A DNA stretch of 64,000 nt, taken from IMG/VR virus record IMGVR_UViG_3300028388_003908, positions 79,152 through 143,151 of that record. One strand, given 5' to 3'. The position numbers and the translations under genes are program-made. The stretch's first letter is position 1. Every line of letters begins with the position of its first letter. The notes under the pieces are model-generated. The model was given only the letters and a program-made list of their open reading frames with translations, was not told where the DNA came from and did not search any database. Origin of the DNA: a virus. This document shows, in pieces, positions 36,849 through 45,937 of this stretch.

Positions 36849-37274
36849 ATGAAGGCGTTATATTTCGCTTACGGAGCTAACATGGAGCTTGAAGGCATAA
36901 AGATGATCTGCCCCTCTGCTCGATTGTTAGGTCAAGGATTCTTGCAAGGATTTCGTCTGCGATTTACGAACGCGGACCCTAACAAGAGAGGTCTCTGCTC
37001 TATAGAGCCGTCCTGCTTTAAGGATTTGGTGCAGGGGGTGGTATATGAGATCAATCATTGGGAGCTTCCAGAGGTCTACACTAACTCTCGAACTTCTCTT
37101 TTAGACGTGCTGATGGAAGACGGATCTTTCCTAAAGGTCAACGTCTACTACGCCAAGGATAATCATCTCGTAGCGCCTGATGAAGGCTACCTAATGAAGG
37201 TGCATCAAAACTACGTCAAGCAGGGCTTCAACATGAAAGCCCTAGAAGACGCGCTCGACAAGACGACCTATTAA
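36849..37274 (+). CDS. Gamma-glutamylcyclotransferase-fold (AIG2-like) protein
   Basis: YFAYGANM, VQGVVYEI and P...YL motifs. Confidence 0.8.
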   Translation: MKALYFAYGANMELEGIKMICPSARLLGQGFLQGFRLRFTNADPNKRGLCSIEPSCFKDLVQGVVYEINHWELPEVYTNSRTSLLDVLMEDGSFLKVNVYYAKDNHLVAPDEGYLMKVHQNYVKQGFNMKALEDALDKTTY

Positions 37275-37534
37275 GAATCTTCCCTCATGCACATATAGGT
37301 AAGACTCTTAAGATTTCGGATCTCGTCAACAAATGACAGCGCGCAGATCTTGGCCGATCTGTTAAAGTATTCCTTCTTCAGATCTCGAATCGAATCCGTG
37401 CGCTCAAAGATGAAAACGACTTTACGTCTGTCTCTCTCTGCCCCAATAAAGGGGACGCAGGCAGCCTTGAGAAACGAGGCAAAATAAAGATCTGAGGTGC
37501 TGTATCTGCCCTCTAGTATTTCTGCCCCGTTCAT
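37271..37534 (-). CDS. Small phage protein (DUF5659-like)
   Basis: YSTSDLYFASFL...VVFIF pattern. Confidence 0.55.
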   Translation of the reverse strand: MNGAEILEGRYSTSDLYFASFLKAACVPFIGAERDRRKVVFIFERTDSIRDLKKEYFNRSAKICALSFVDEIRNLKSLTYMCMREDS

Positions 37535-37548
37535 ATCTCAAAACCCCC

Positions 37549-38157
37549 TTAGAGTAAGGTGCCGTCCTCTGCGTAGACAACCACTAGACCTGCGTCTTTT
37601 GCTCTAGCTACCTGACCCTCTGCGAGAGAAATCCAGAAGCTAGAATCCTCCTCTACGATATCCTGATAAGCTCCCTCGTCAAAGAAGACAGCGTTATTAG
37701 GATCTAGAACGGTGGTGTCGTGACCTGCGGGCAAGGTGTACTTAGCGCCTGAGAGCAGACGAAGCACCTCTTGAACATCTACAGAACCGGGCAGGAAACC
37801 CGCCACGGCGGCCGCGATGTAAGCGCCAATGTTTGCGATATCCATGGCGCTACCATCTCTCATCTCAGACACAAGCGCCTCTGCGATGGTCGCAGCTTGA
37901 GCAGGCGTCGGACGAGCGTTAGCTCCGTTAACTACGTTAGTAAGAACGTAGGCTGCCAAACCATCTACAGCGCGAGTAATCGCACCTGCACCATTAATGG
38001 TAGGCAGAACGATCACAGGCTGTCGTAGATAGCGAGGACCTTGAGGTGCAGGATCCTTTACAGGATTGGCTAGAGAACGGCTAGGCCAAAGATCACGGAT
38101 TGAGAATGAACCGTTTTGAACGGTCGCGCTTCTAATGCAAATAGCGGGGCTTGCCAT
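37549..38157 (-). CDS. Putative virion protein, paralog C of a tandem triplet
   Basis: QNGS...DL...PAPQGP; GLAAYVL; SGAKYTLPAG; C-terminal YAEDGTLL. Confidence 0.6.
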   Translation of the reverse strand: MASPAICIRSATVQNGSFSIRDLWPSRSLANPVKDPAPQGPRYLRQPVIVLPTINGAGAITRAVDGLAAYVLTNVVNGANARPTPAQAATIAEALVSEMRDGSAMDIANIGAYIAAAVAGFLPGSVDVQEVLRLLSGAKYTLPAGHDTTVLDPNNAVFFDEGAYQDIVEEDSSFWISLAEGQVARAKDAGLVVVYAEDGTLL

Positions 38158-38168
38158 GAGCTATCTCC

Positions 38169-38804
38169 TTATTGGATGAGTGAACCGTCATCCGCATAGC
38201 AGACAACAAAAGGGGTGGTTGCGGTCTGAGCAGTCTTAAGCTGACCTCTACGAGCGCTAATATAGAAGCTCGTACTGAAGTTGGTGATGGTCGTATCTAG
38301 GAAGCCATCAGTAGGATCTGCAAAGAAAGCTCCGAGAGCGAAAGGACCTTCAAAAGCACCGGCGTTGTTCTCGTCCCCGATAGACTGAGCAGGCAAGGTG
38401 AAAACCTTATAGCCCGAGACAATCTGGAGAAGCTCTACGAGATCGCCATCAAAGGCGTTACCCGCTTGAGTGTTAGCAACCACGATAGCATCAAGAGCAG
38501 TCTGTGTAAGCTCGGTACCGGAATCGAGAGCGTCTACAATAGCACCACCGATAGCGTTAGCCTGATTTGCGGTGAGCGCGTCACCTGCATTATCAGTGGT
38601 TGCTAGGATATATGCAGACACGCCTGAAAAAGGGGTTGCCGTGTCGAAATTACCGTCTAGTGCCACATCCTCATTAATCGCTCTAGCGTGAGCCTTGAGC
38701 GTGATAGGACCTTGGAAAAGAGGGCTGTAAACACCGCTGTCTTGGGTCTTGTGTGGTGACAGGTCGGTTACCGTGAAAGTGCTCTTAGGACATACAAAAG
38801 GCAT
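38169..38804 (-). CDS. Putative virion protein, paralog B
   Basis: QGP; GVSAYIL; SGYKVFTLPA; C-terminal YADDGSLIQ. Confidence 0.6.
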   Translation of the reverse strand: MPFVCPKSTFTVTDLSPHKTQDSGVYSPLFQGPITLKAHARAINEDVALDGNFDTATPFSGVSAYILATTDNAGDALTANQANAIGGAIVDALDSGTELTQTALDAIVVANTQAGNAFDGDLVELLQIVSGYKVFTLPAQSIGDENNAGAFEGPFALGAFFADPTDGFLDTTITNFSTSFYISARRGQLKTAQTATTPFVVCYADDGSLIQ

Positions 38805-38817
38805 AGTCTACTCCTTA

Positions 38818-39462
38818 TTAAACGGCGGTCAGAGAGCCGTCAGACTCGTAGAGCGTGATGGTCTGATTATTAACAAAAGCGCCTAGCGCGCCTTGACGAA
38901 GGGATGTTCTCCAATTCAGATCATTCTCCACAAGACGCTTCACGTCTCGACCGAAGAAATCATCGGCAAGAACTGCAATCAATCCGCCAGCGTCCTGAAT
39001 GGCAGTACCAGCGGCCACCGTGTAAGACTCGCCTGAAATAATGCGGATCAGCTCCTCAACGTCACCCGTTGAGTTAGATGCCTGACCGTCAAAATCTGCG
39101 GGCACGATCCCGTTAAGGAAACCAAGATTAACCACACCACCAGCCTCAATCTGTGTACGAATAGCAGATACGATAGGTAATGCGTCCGTCACGGTCAGCG
39201 CGTCACCATTACCGTCCTCAACTCTTCTTAGAAGATACGCGAGAACACCTGTAGCAGTACCAATAAATCTCACGTTAGCGCCTGCAACACCGAGAGTAGG
39301 TACTTGACCTACAGCGTCACCCCAAACAGGAACACGAACGTGGACGGGGCTTTGAGGGGCAGGATCATTAGTGAGATTCGCTTGGCTCTTGTTGATAAAG
39401 AGGTCGTGAATCTGAACGGAGCCGTTTTGTGCGCCGGCAACGCGAGATACGATATAAGGCAT
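38818..39462 (-). CDS. Putative virion protein, paralog A
   Basis: QNGS...DL...PAPQSP; GVLAYLL; SGESYTVAAG; C-terminal YESDGSL. Confidence 0.6.
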   Translation of the reverse strand: MPYIVSRVAGAQNGSVQIHDLFINKSQANLTNDPAPQSPVHVRVPVWGDAVGQVPTLGVAGANVRFIGTATGVLAYLLRRVEDGNGDALTVTDALPIVSAIRTQIEAGGVVNLGFLNGIVPADFDGQASNSTGDVEELIRIISGESYTVAAGTAIQDAGGLIAVLADDFFGRDVKRLVENDLNWRTSLRQGALGAFVNNQTITLYESDGSLTAV

Positions 39463-39520
39463 GAGAGCCTCCTTAAATTGAGAGGGTTAACACAATAAGG
39501 AAGCAAACATAAAACGATTA

Positions 39521-40234
39521 TCAACCTCTATTGACCGTAGACACCCTCATGGTAACCAGAGGCGTACCTCCATCCGAACCGATGAAGAACTCTGGCGCGC
39601 CCGCACCCGTTAAACCAAGAGTTTCCCCTGGTCTTAGGATAGAAGGTGAGAGACCGGGATGGAACGTGATGAATACGATATTCGTCCCAAGATTGGTCAC
39701 GTTCACGCTCTGAGAGTACATAGGCAAATGCAGATTGACACAGCCTTCCCCTAGCACATCCGGAATAACCCCGTTCGTCTGTAGATCCGGCGCATTACCC
39801 GAGCAGGTAAATGTAGGATTACCTGTGCTAAAGAAATCATAAGGGGGCAGAGCCGTAATAGGGCCGTAAGGACCCTTTGTCCCGTCTGAGAACACACCTC
39901 TTAAAACGATATAGCAAGTTTCGTGATCGCCCGGTATACGAGCAGTATTCAACACGAAAGGGGTTGAGTAATCGTTAATGTCAAACAGCGCTCGGGTCAG
40001 ATTCAGATCCGATTGATCAATCTGTCTCTTTAAGATGTGAGCAGAAGAGGATCTAAAGACCCGACCCACATCTACCGTAAACGCTAAAAGAGGGGCAGTA
40101 AAAGCGTCATTTAGATTAGACGCCATGTGGAACTCAATGCTCTTGTAAACGCCACAAGAACCATTGGCGATGGTCATATCCACTAAGCCCTTACTACGTC
40201 TAACGAGAGACGGGACCAATCGTGATCTAGACAT
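39521..40234 (-). CDS. Hypothetical protein, probably structural
   Basis: 237-aa beta-rich ORF in the late region. Confidence 0.6.
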   Translation of the reverse strand: MSRSRLVPSLVRRSKGLVDMTIANGSCGVYKSIEFHMASNLNDAFTAPLLAFTVDVGRVFRSSSAHILKRQIDQSDLNLTRALFDINDYSTPFVLNTARIPGDHETCYIVLRGVFSDGTKGPYGPITALPPYDFFSTGNPTFTCSGNAPDLQTNGVIPDVLGEGCVNLHLPMYSQSVNVTNLGTNIVFITFHPGLSPSILRPGETLGLTGAGAPEFFIGSDGGTPLVTMRVSTVNRG

Positions 40235-40236
40235 GA

Positions 40237-40626
40237 TTAACTACCTTTCTTTTCCTTTGCCACCATAGTCTCATAAGACGTGGTGTCTTTGCCTTTAGAT
40301 TTAGCAAGGCTCTGTGCCTCTGACCAAGAATCAACGCGCTCGCCATCTACATTTGGAGCGAGGCGACCACCAACATTGGTGTCGTTTTTCATCTCGTATT
40401 GTCTGTGATCGAGCTTATTGTTCTTAGCCTTCATTTGACGCTTAATGCGCTCATTCTTGGTCGACCAACCATCGCCTTTAAAAACATGATTGACGCAAGG
40501 CTTGAAGATCCTAGGGTTATCTCGACCGCAATCGGGACAAGGTTGCTCCTTGTCATAGTCTTCCATCGAGACTTTCTTGAGATATTCCTTATCGCAATCA
40601 GCGCAATTATAAGAGTAAAAAGGCAT
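40237..40626 (-). CDS. FmdB-family zinc-ribbon protein
   Basis: MPFYSYNCADC...CPDCG...FKGDGW. Confidence 0.85.
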   Translation of the reverse strand: MPFYSYNCADCDKEYLKKVSMEDYDKEQPCPDCGRDNPRIFKPCVNHVFKGDGWSTKNERIKRQMKAKNNKLDHRQYEMKNDTNVGGRLAPNVDGERVDSWSEAQSLAKSKGKDTTSYETMVAKEKKGS

Positions 40627-40666
40627 CGGTAATCTCCTGCTTAGTATGTCGTCATACGCAATAATA

Positions 40667-43081
40667 CTAAGCGCGACCTTTGCCGTAACCGATAAATCTC
40701 GCTACGTCCGAGACAGCTCCGTGAGCATGAGAAATCTTGTCCTCAACCCAATCGTCAAGCTCACCTTCAAAATCGACATGATCTAGTAGGAACTCTGCCA
40801 TCTCACGCATCTCCTCTAGATTCTGTCGTGACATATATGAGCCCTCATGCCCTCCGGATAAGATTTTTCTGCGCGCTACGCGCTGTACTGCTTTTTTCGT
40901 CATTTGGTGACTAACCGCATCATAGAAGATACCCATCGCTTTCCTCCAGTTTTTTGGCTTGTATCTCTTGAGACTTACAAAGAAAGGTCGATCTGAGGTC
41001 CACCGTAGGATAGACTGATTATCTACGACACGATTCTTCCGTTTAAATAGCTTTGTCTCGTCTAACAATCTTGAGTAGAACTCTATGTCGTCTAGAGCGT
41101 GGATGCTGATCAGATCCGTATCAGCCCCTCCCTCTCTAGCATATTCCCTCTTTAGCTCTATCTCTTTATCCTTCAGATGTTGTGTGTATTGCTCGTCTTT
41201 CTTAGAGAAAGGATTTCCAGCCCGTCCTATCTCTATTTCAGCATTGTTCGCCAGATGTACTTGGGTAGCGTGAACAAGCTCATGCGCCACTATATCTTCA
41301 AACTCGTTTAAATAGTTTAGAGGTAGCTCTCCCGAGAACTTAGGTAAGACGTTAATGTAGATAGAATGATAATTGTCCCACTTGTAAGAACCCCTACTTC
41401 TCATCGCCTTTGGCGTAGTCTGTAGAAGCACAAATAAGAGACCATACTCCTCGTCCTTAATGACAACCTGACGTGAATTCCTGCTGTAATACGACTCTCT
41501 GTTGAGAGATTTAACCGCCTCCTCGTAGTCCTCTCTCACGAGTGCAGGCACATATCGTGCGGGGCTTGTCGTCCATCTTTTTAGCTCTTTAAGAACCTCA
41601 TATTGTAAATCACCAATCGAACCAATTAGCGCCCGAGACCCATTAGGATTTGCAAAGATTTCCGCAGGGTCCAAGATGTCTATCTTACTCTTAATCTTAT
41701 CAAAAAGAGGGTAGCCGAGATCTGCGTCTTTAAGTTGCTTTTCTATCTCTTGCGAGGATCGCTGAAGACTATTGATTTGGAAAATAACCTCTTCCTCATC
41801 GTACTCGCCTCTACGAATACCGATAGGCAGAGTTTCTATCTCGTCAAGAGAAAATTCTAAGCCGTCTACAGCGTCTTGAGTAAGACCGCCCTTTGCGCTG
41901 TCCTCCTCTTCTTTTTGTAAGACGTGTTGAGCTACCAAGCCTTGAGCGATCTTGGTTACTCGATCTACAAGACGTTGAGGAGGCTTGATGAGACCTGCAT
42001 TACGAAGCGCAGATGAATTATTAGCAAACCCGCTATCGTAAGGTATTACGCGAGCAGACCCGGATCCGCTGTCATGCACATAACCTAAATCTGCGCGCTC
42101 GGCAGGTCTACGACCTACGGATTCCCCTCGATCTAGATTGCGATATTTCAGATTAGGGGAATCGGGAGATGGACGACCTATGTTTCTCGCGGTGTCTCCG
42201 GAAGGTAAAGAACTCGCGCCCGCAGAGGTCTCATCTGCGCGCCCTACATCGCTCCCATTTGAAAAAGAGGAAAGCTGATCGGGAGGTGTGACCTGACGAT
42301 AAAAATCCGCCTTCTTGTCTTTGATCATCTCTTTAGCCTCTTCGTCAAAGGTAGGTGTATTCACAGGCTTCTGCCCTCGGTGCTTAGCTTCTTCCCTACG
42401 CTTCTTGCGAGCGAGCGTAGCGCGCTGTTCTTTAGTCATGTCGTATGCCTTTTCTCTCGGCATACATTTAAGAGGCTTACTACCATTACCCGTAACCTCT
42501 GCCCATTCCTTCTCACTAGAGACAGCGCAGGGACCTACAATATCTCCCGCCTCGTAAACCTTATCCTCTTTGTCCTCTCTCTTGACCGTATGCTTTATAG
42601 GCGTAATCGCTACCCAATCACCCCATGTTGCGCGCTCGTCTGGCTTACCTCCCCCATGTCCCGCGAACCAAGTATCTAGACCACCCATACCGGTGTTCTT
42701 CATCTTCTTGTCATCTCGGGCTATCAAGTACCTGTCCGTCAGTCTCTCCCCTGCGCTCTTGTAGCAATTCTTGTAAGGTCTACATGACGCCTTCTCAGAA
42801 AAGCCCATCTCGTCACAGGTCTTGGATTCACAATGCTCCTTATCCCATTTACGAGGTGTCTTGTACTCAGAGCTTTCCTTCTTCCACTTACCGCCTAGAC
42901 GCTTGTATTGAGCGAGCGCCCAACCGTTCGCGTATGCAGACGGGAAAGTTCTAAAGCCTTTACCATCATTAACCGGATTTACGGATTCCCCGTTAGCGGT
43001 GACGGGCTTATTTGATTCCCCTCTAGCTAGATCTAGGATCTTATCCCATAGCTTTGGGTCTGTAGGCACGTTCTTAGACAT
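40667..43081 (-). CDS. Modular 804-aa polyprotein-like protein including a zincin HExxH domain
   Basis: Distinct blocks separated by KSA, KKA, RNA and KKA; AHELVH...E motif. Confidence 0.65.
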   Translation of the reverse strand: MSKNVPTDPKLWDKILDLARGESNKPVTANGESVNPVNDGKGFRTFPSAYANGWALAQYKRLGGKWKKESSEYKTPRKWDKEHCESKTCDEMGFSEKASCRPYKNCYKSAGERLTDRYLIARDDKKMKNTGMGGLDTWFAGHGGGKPDERATWGDWVAITPIKHTVKREDKEDKVYEAGDIVGPCAVSSEKEWAEVTGNGSKPLKCMPREKAYDMTKEQRATLARKKRREEAKHRGQKPVNTPTFDEEAKEMIKDKKADFYRQVTPPDQLSSFSNGSDVGRADETSAGASSLPSGDTARNIGRPSPDSPNLKYRNLDRGESVGRRPAERADLGYVHDSGSGSARVIPYDSGFANNSSALRNAGLIKPPQRLVDRVTKIAQGLVAQHVLQKEEEDSAKGGLTQDAVDGLEFSLDEIETLPIGIRRGEYDEEEVIFQINSLQRSSQEIEKQLKDADLGYPLFDKIKSKIDILDPAEIFANPNGSRALIGSIGDLQYEVLKELKRWTTSPARYVPALVREDYEEAVKSLNRESYYSRNSRQVVIKDEEYGLLFVLLQTTPKAMRSRGSYKWDNYHSIYINVLPKFSGELPLNYLNEFEDIVAHELVHATQVHLANNAEIEIGRAGNPFSKKDEQYTQHLKDKEIELKREYAREGGADTDLISIHALDDIEFYSRLLDETKLFKRKNRVVDNQSILRWTSDRPFFVSLKRYKPKNWRKAMGIFYDAVSHQMTKKAVQRVARRKILSGGHEGSYMSRQNLEEMREMAEFLLDHVDFEGELDDWVEDKISHAHGAVSDVARFIGYGKGRA

Positions 43082-43158
43082 GACATATAACCTTTCATCT
43101 TATCCTAGAACGCTTGATAGATGTTTTATCTTAAAGAGCAGAAAAAAGGAGAGTAAAT

Positions 43159-43605
43159 ATGCTGAGATACGCAGGCAGAAAATTTAACGGAGGTGTCGAG
43201 TTCTACGATCTAGACGAGGACAAGAACCCCGCTCTCATGGGGGATCGTATGTACCCTCAATGGTCTTCCTTTCAGTGGAAGCCCATGCTCATTAAGTACC
43301 AAGGAAATCACCCTTACGTCCATCCTAAAATGCTCGTCTCGGATATTTCAGTGAGATGGAGATATGTCCTGCAATTTAACGAGAACCAGCTAAAGAGAGA
43401 TCGTGCTACCATCTCTGAGCTAGAGGATCTCCTATACTCGGACCCTACAAACAGAGCATATAAAAAGCGCATGGAAGAAGCGCAGAGATCCAAGAATATC
43501 CTAGAGACGGAGATTTCAGATATCCATCAAAAGCTCTCGCGCTTGAGAGTAGAGCCTTTTATATCTCCTCGCACCGGCGTGACCGGCTTTAAGGTGATCT
43601 TCTAA
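43159..43605 (+). CDS. Hypothetical protein
   Basis: AAGGAG RBS; coiled-coil segment. Confidence 0.6.
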   Translation: MLRYAGRKFNGGVEFYDLDEDKNPALMGDRMYPQWSSFQWKPMLIKYQGNHPYVHPKMLVSDISVRWRYVLQFNENQLKRDRATISELEDLLYSDPTNRAYKKRMEEAQRSKNILETEISDIHQKLSRLRVEPFISPRTGVTGFKVIF

Positions 43606-44144
43606 GATTCTTTTTCCTCTTCTTGATCACTCTCACCCTTTGAGAGCTTATCCTTGAGACCGTAGACGAACTTACCGCCATCAACGATTTGCTTTCTCAG
43701 AACCTTGCCCTCTAGAGACGCTATACGATTGATCGCTTCAACGTGTCGCATCTCACAGGTGCCCGCTTTTAGCTGTTTATCGAGTCCTGCGATCTTCTTG
43801 AGTAGTAGAAGCATAGAAGCACCGATGAGCGCAAAAGGCGTATAGGGCACCTCCGCCACCGGAGGGAGCGGTAGAGGAGCTTTTATCTCTTGTCTCGTTA
43901 GACGTACTACAGGCGCCTCTAAACCGCCCGTAAATCGCTCTAAATGATCTAAGGAGAGCAGAGACACACCCTCGATCTTAATTCTATTAGGTGAAGATTT
44001 GACAGGTACAGCAGAGATCGAGAGAGAGAGAGTACCGCCTGCTTTGAGCGTACAATCAGACAGATGATAGATTGAACCATCCTCTAACATGACAAGACCA
44101 CCCTTCAACAAGGTTGCTCTAACGCCTTCTCCGATTACACACAT
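43602..44144 (-). CDS. Hypothetical protein with one TM segment
   Basis: Hydrophobic FALIGASMLLLL stretch. Confidence 0.5.
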   Translation of the reverse strand: MCVIGEGVRATLLKGGLVMLEDGSIYHLSDCTLKAGGTLSLSISAVPVKSSPNRIKIEGVSLLSLDHLERFTGGLEAPVVRLTRQEIKAPLPLPPVAEVPYTPFALIGASMLLLLKKIAGLDKQLKAGTCEMRHVEAINRIASLEGKVLRKQIVDGGKFVYGLKDKLSKGESDQEEEKES

Positions 44145-44189
44145 AAGCGATATCCGATCTCTCTAAAAAAATAAAAACCGGATAAAAAC

Positions 44190-44232
44190 AAAAAAAGACC
44201 CTCATCCCCCCGAAGAAGATGAGGATCTTTTG
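44190..44232 (-). terminator. Rho-independent terminator after the major capsid gene
   Basis: Stem aaagaccctcatc/gatgaggatcttt with adjacent A-run (U-tail on the minus strand). Confidence 0.75.
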
Positions 44233-44268
44233 ATCCTCTTACGCCTTAGAAGGCGTGATCACAAGCTA

Positions 44269-45147
44269 TTAGCGAGTGACGCTGAGACGAGCAAGACCGC
44301 GAGGGTTGTACGCGCCAATACCGAGGTTCTCAAACACAGAGAAGCCGATAGTACGAGCCTTAGGGTCGTCCGCAGAGAGGACGGTAAGCTCGGTACGAAC
44401 GGGGATACGACCAAACATCTCAGGCTCACAGCAGACATACACGGTGCCCGCAGGAACAAGACGGCTGGTGATAACCTGTGCGCCCCAAAGAGTAGCCTGA
44501 AGACCAGTCTTGAGAAGGGCTGCTTGGCTCTCAATGTCGAGAATGTCACGACCAAACTTACGGATGTCAGCGTAGTCACGAGCGTTCATGAACACGCGAG
44601 CAACGCGAAGGTCATGGCTCTCAACGAGGCTGTATGCGTCAGCAAGCACAGAGCCGTTAAGAGGCGCGATCACCTGAATGTCAGAGTTGGTCTGACCAGG
44701 TACGCTATCAAAGCCCTGCGTTGCCACAGCGTTAAGGATAGCGAACACGCGCTCGTCCTCGGCAGCCTGAATCTGGCTACGAGCGAGATCCTGAGCGCGC
44801 TCGATGAGATCGAAGCGTCTCTCCTTGATCTGTGTCAAGGGGATCTCAGGGTTTGATGCGATCTCAAAGAGAGGGAAGATCACACGGCGGGGCTTGGTGA
44901 TGCTGAGGATGTTCTGTCCCTCTTCACCAACCACAAACGCGGTTACGTCAGGGTCCTTGTCGTAGATAGGAAGCGCGCCATCGGGCAACTGCTCTACGAG
45001 GAAGGTCTTACGACCCACAGAGGTATAGTCTCTGCGGAGGCGTAGGGGTTGTGTCATTGAGGCAGCCAACTTCGCACGACCCGCAGGGGTCTTGATGTAG
45101 TCGGCAATAATCTTGCTCTTTACGCTATTATCAACATTGTTGCTCAT
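44269..45147 (-). CDS. Major capsid protein (HK97 fold)
   Basis: About 290 aa; follows protease, scaffold and decoration genes; biased codon use; followed by a terminator. Confidence 0.85.
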   Translation of the reverse strand: MSNNVDNSVKSKIIADYIKTPAGRAKLAASMTQPLRLRRDYTSVGRKTFLVEQLPDGALPIYDKDPDVTAFVVGEEGQNILSITKPRRVIFPLFEIASNPEIPLTQIKERRFDLIERAQDLARSQIQAAEDERVFAILNAVATQGFDSVPGQTNSDIQVIAPLNGSVLADAYSLVESHDLRVARVFMNARDYADIRKFGRDILDIESQAALLKTGLQATLWGAQVITSRLVPAGTVYVCCEPEMFGRIPVRTELTVLSADDPKARTIGFSVFENLGIGAYNPRGLARLSVTR

Positions 45148-45164
45148 CTTAATATCCTTTCCGA

Positions 45165-45797
45165 TCAGATGCGCTGGTCGTAAACAAGCTCATCAGAAGA
45201 TGAGTCAGGAGTGATCTTAAGGATACCGATAACGGTCACCTCATTCGCGCCACCGATATTGTGAGCAACATCATGTAGATTGGCTGCGTCACCGAGGGCT
45301 GCCTGAGTAAGGAAACCGTTAACAGAGGCTGCGAGAGTCTGACCAACGGAAAACGCGAGAGCGTTGCCATTATTACCAAGATCCTTAGTCTCGTAAAGGC
45401 TGTTGCCGTAGGTACCCTGCGCTGAGACGTAGGGGCCACGGTTTGAAGCAACGCCAGGGGTGTTCTCGAAAGCGTTACCGCTCGCGTTGTTAATGAACAC
45501 ACCAAGAACGCGCTCGCCAGTTGCCTGAGCGGCCGTGTGATCGCTAGGACCACCGTGATAGTTAGCGCCCTCGTCAGGACGTGCAAAAGCGACAGAACCG
45601 CTGAGCACACCGAGTACGTTTGTAAGAAGACCAGACGCCTCGGTAGTGAAACCGGTTGCGTCAAAATCAACAGGATTTCTCTGAGTGAAAGCGTCAGCGG
45701 TAAGCTGTCCGAGGGTGTTGCGAACACCAACGTGCAGAATACGAAGCGCTGAGCTTGACTCTGAGAAACCACCACTAGCTTGTCCAAGTAGAGCCAT
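45165..45797 (-). CDS. Capsid decoration/cement protein
   Basis: Gly/Ala-rich and beta-rich; immediately upstream of the major capsid gene. Confidence 0.6.
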   Translation of the reverse strand: MALLGQASGGFSESSSALRILHVGVRNTLGQLTADAFTQRNPVDFDATGFTTEASGLLTNVLGVLSGSVAFARPDEGANYHGGPSDHTAAQATGERVLGVFINNASGNAFENTPGVASNRGPYVSAQGTYGNSLYETKDLGNNGNALAFSVGQTLAASVNGFLTQAALGDAANLHDVAHNIGGANEVTVIGILKITPDSSSDELVYDQRI

Positions 45798-45937
45798 AGT
45801 AATCTCCTATGTTGCTCATACTCCCTGTTTTCAAGGAAGTAGGGTTTTGTTAAAAGGGAAGTTGTGTAAAGCGCCCCTCTCCATCAAAGGGCTCTGTATA
45901 TAGCGAGGCTATATAAACGAATCACAAGGATTCCTTA

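Noticed and set aside
44230-44856. 208-aa + strand ORF and other antisense or nested ORFs over long genes
   Set aside because: Antisense to well-supported genes with biased codon use; no RBS or recognisable motifs.
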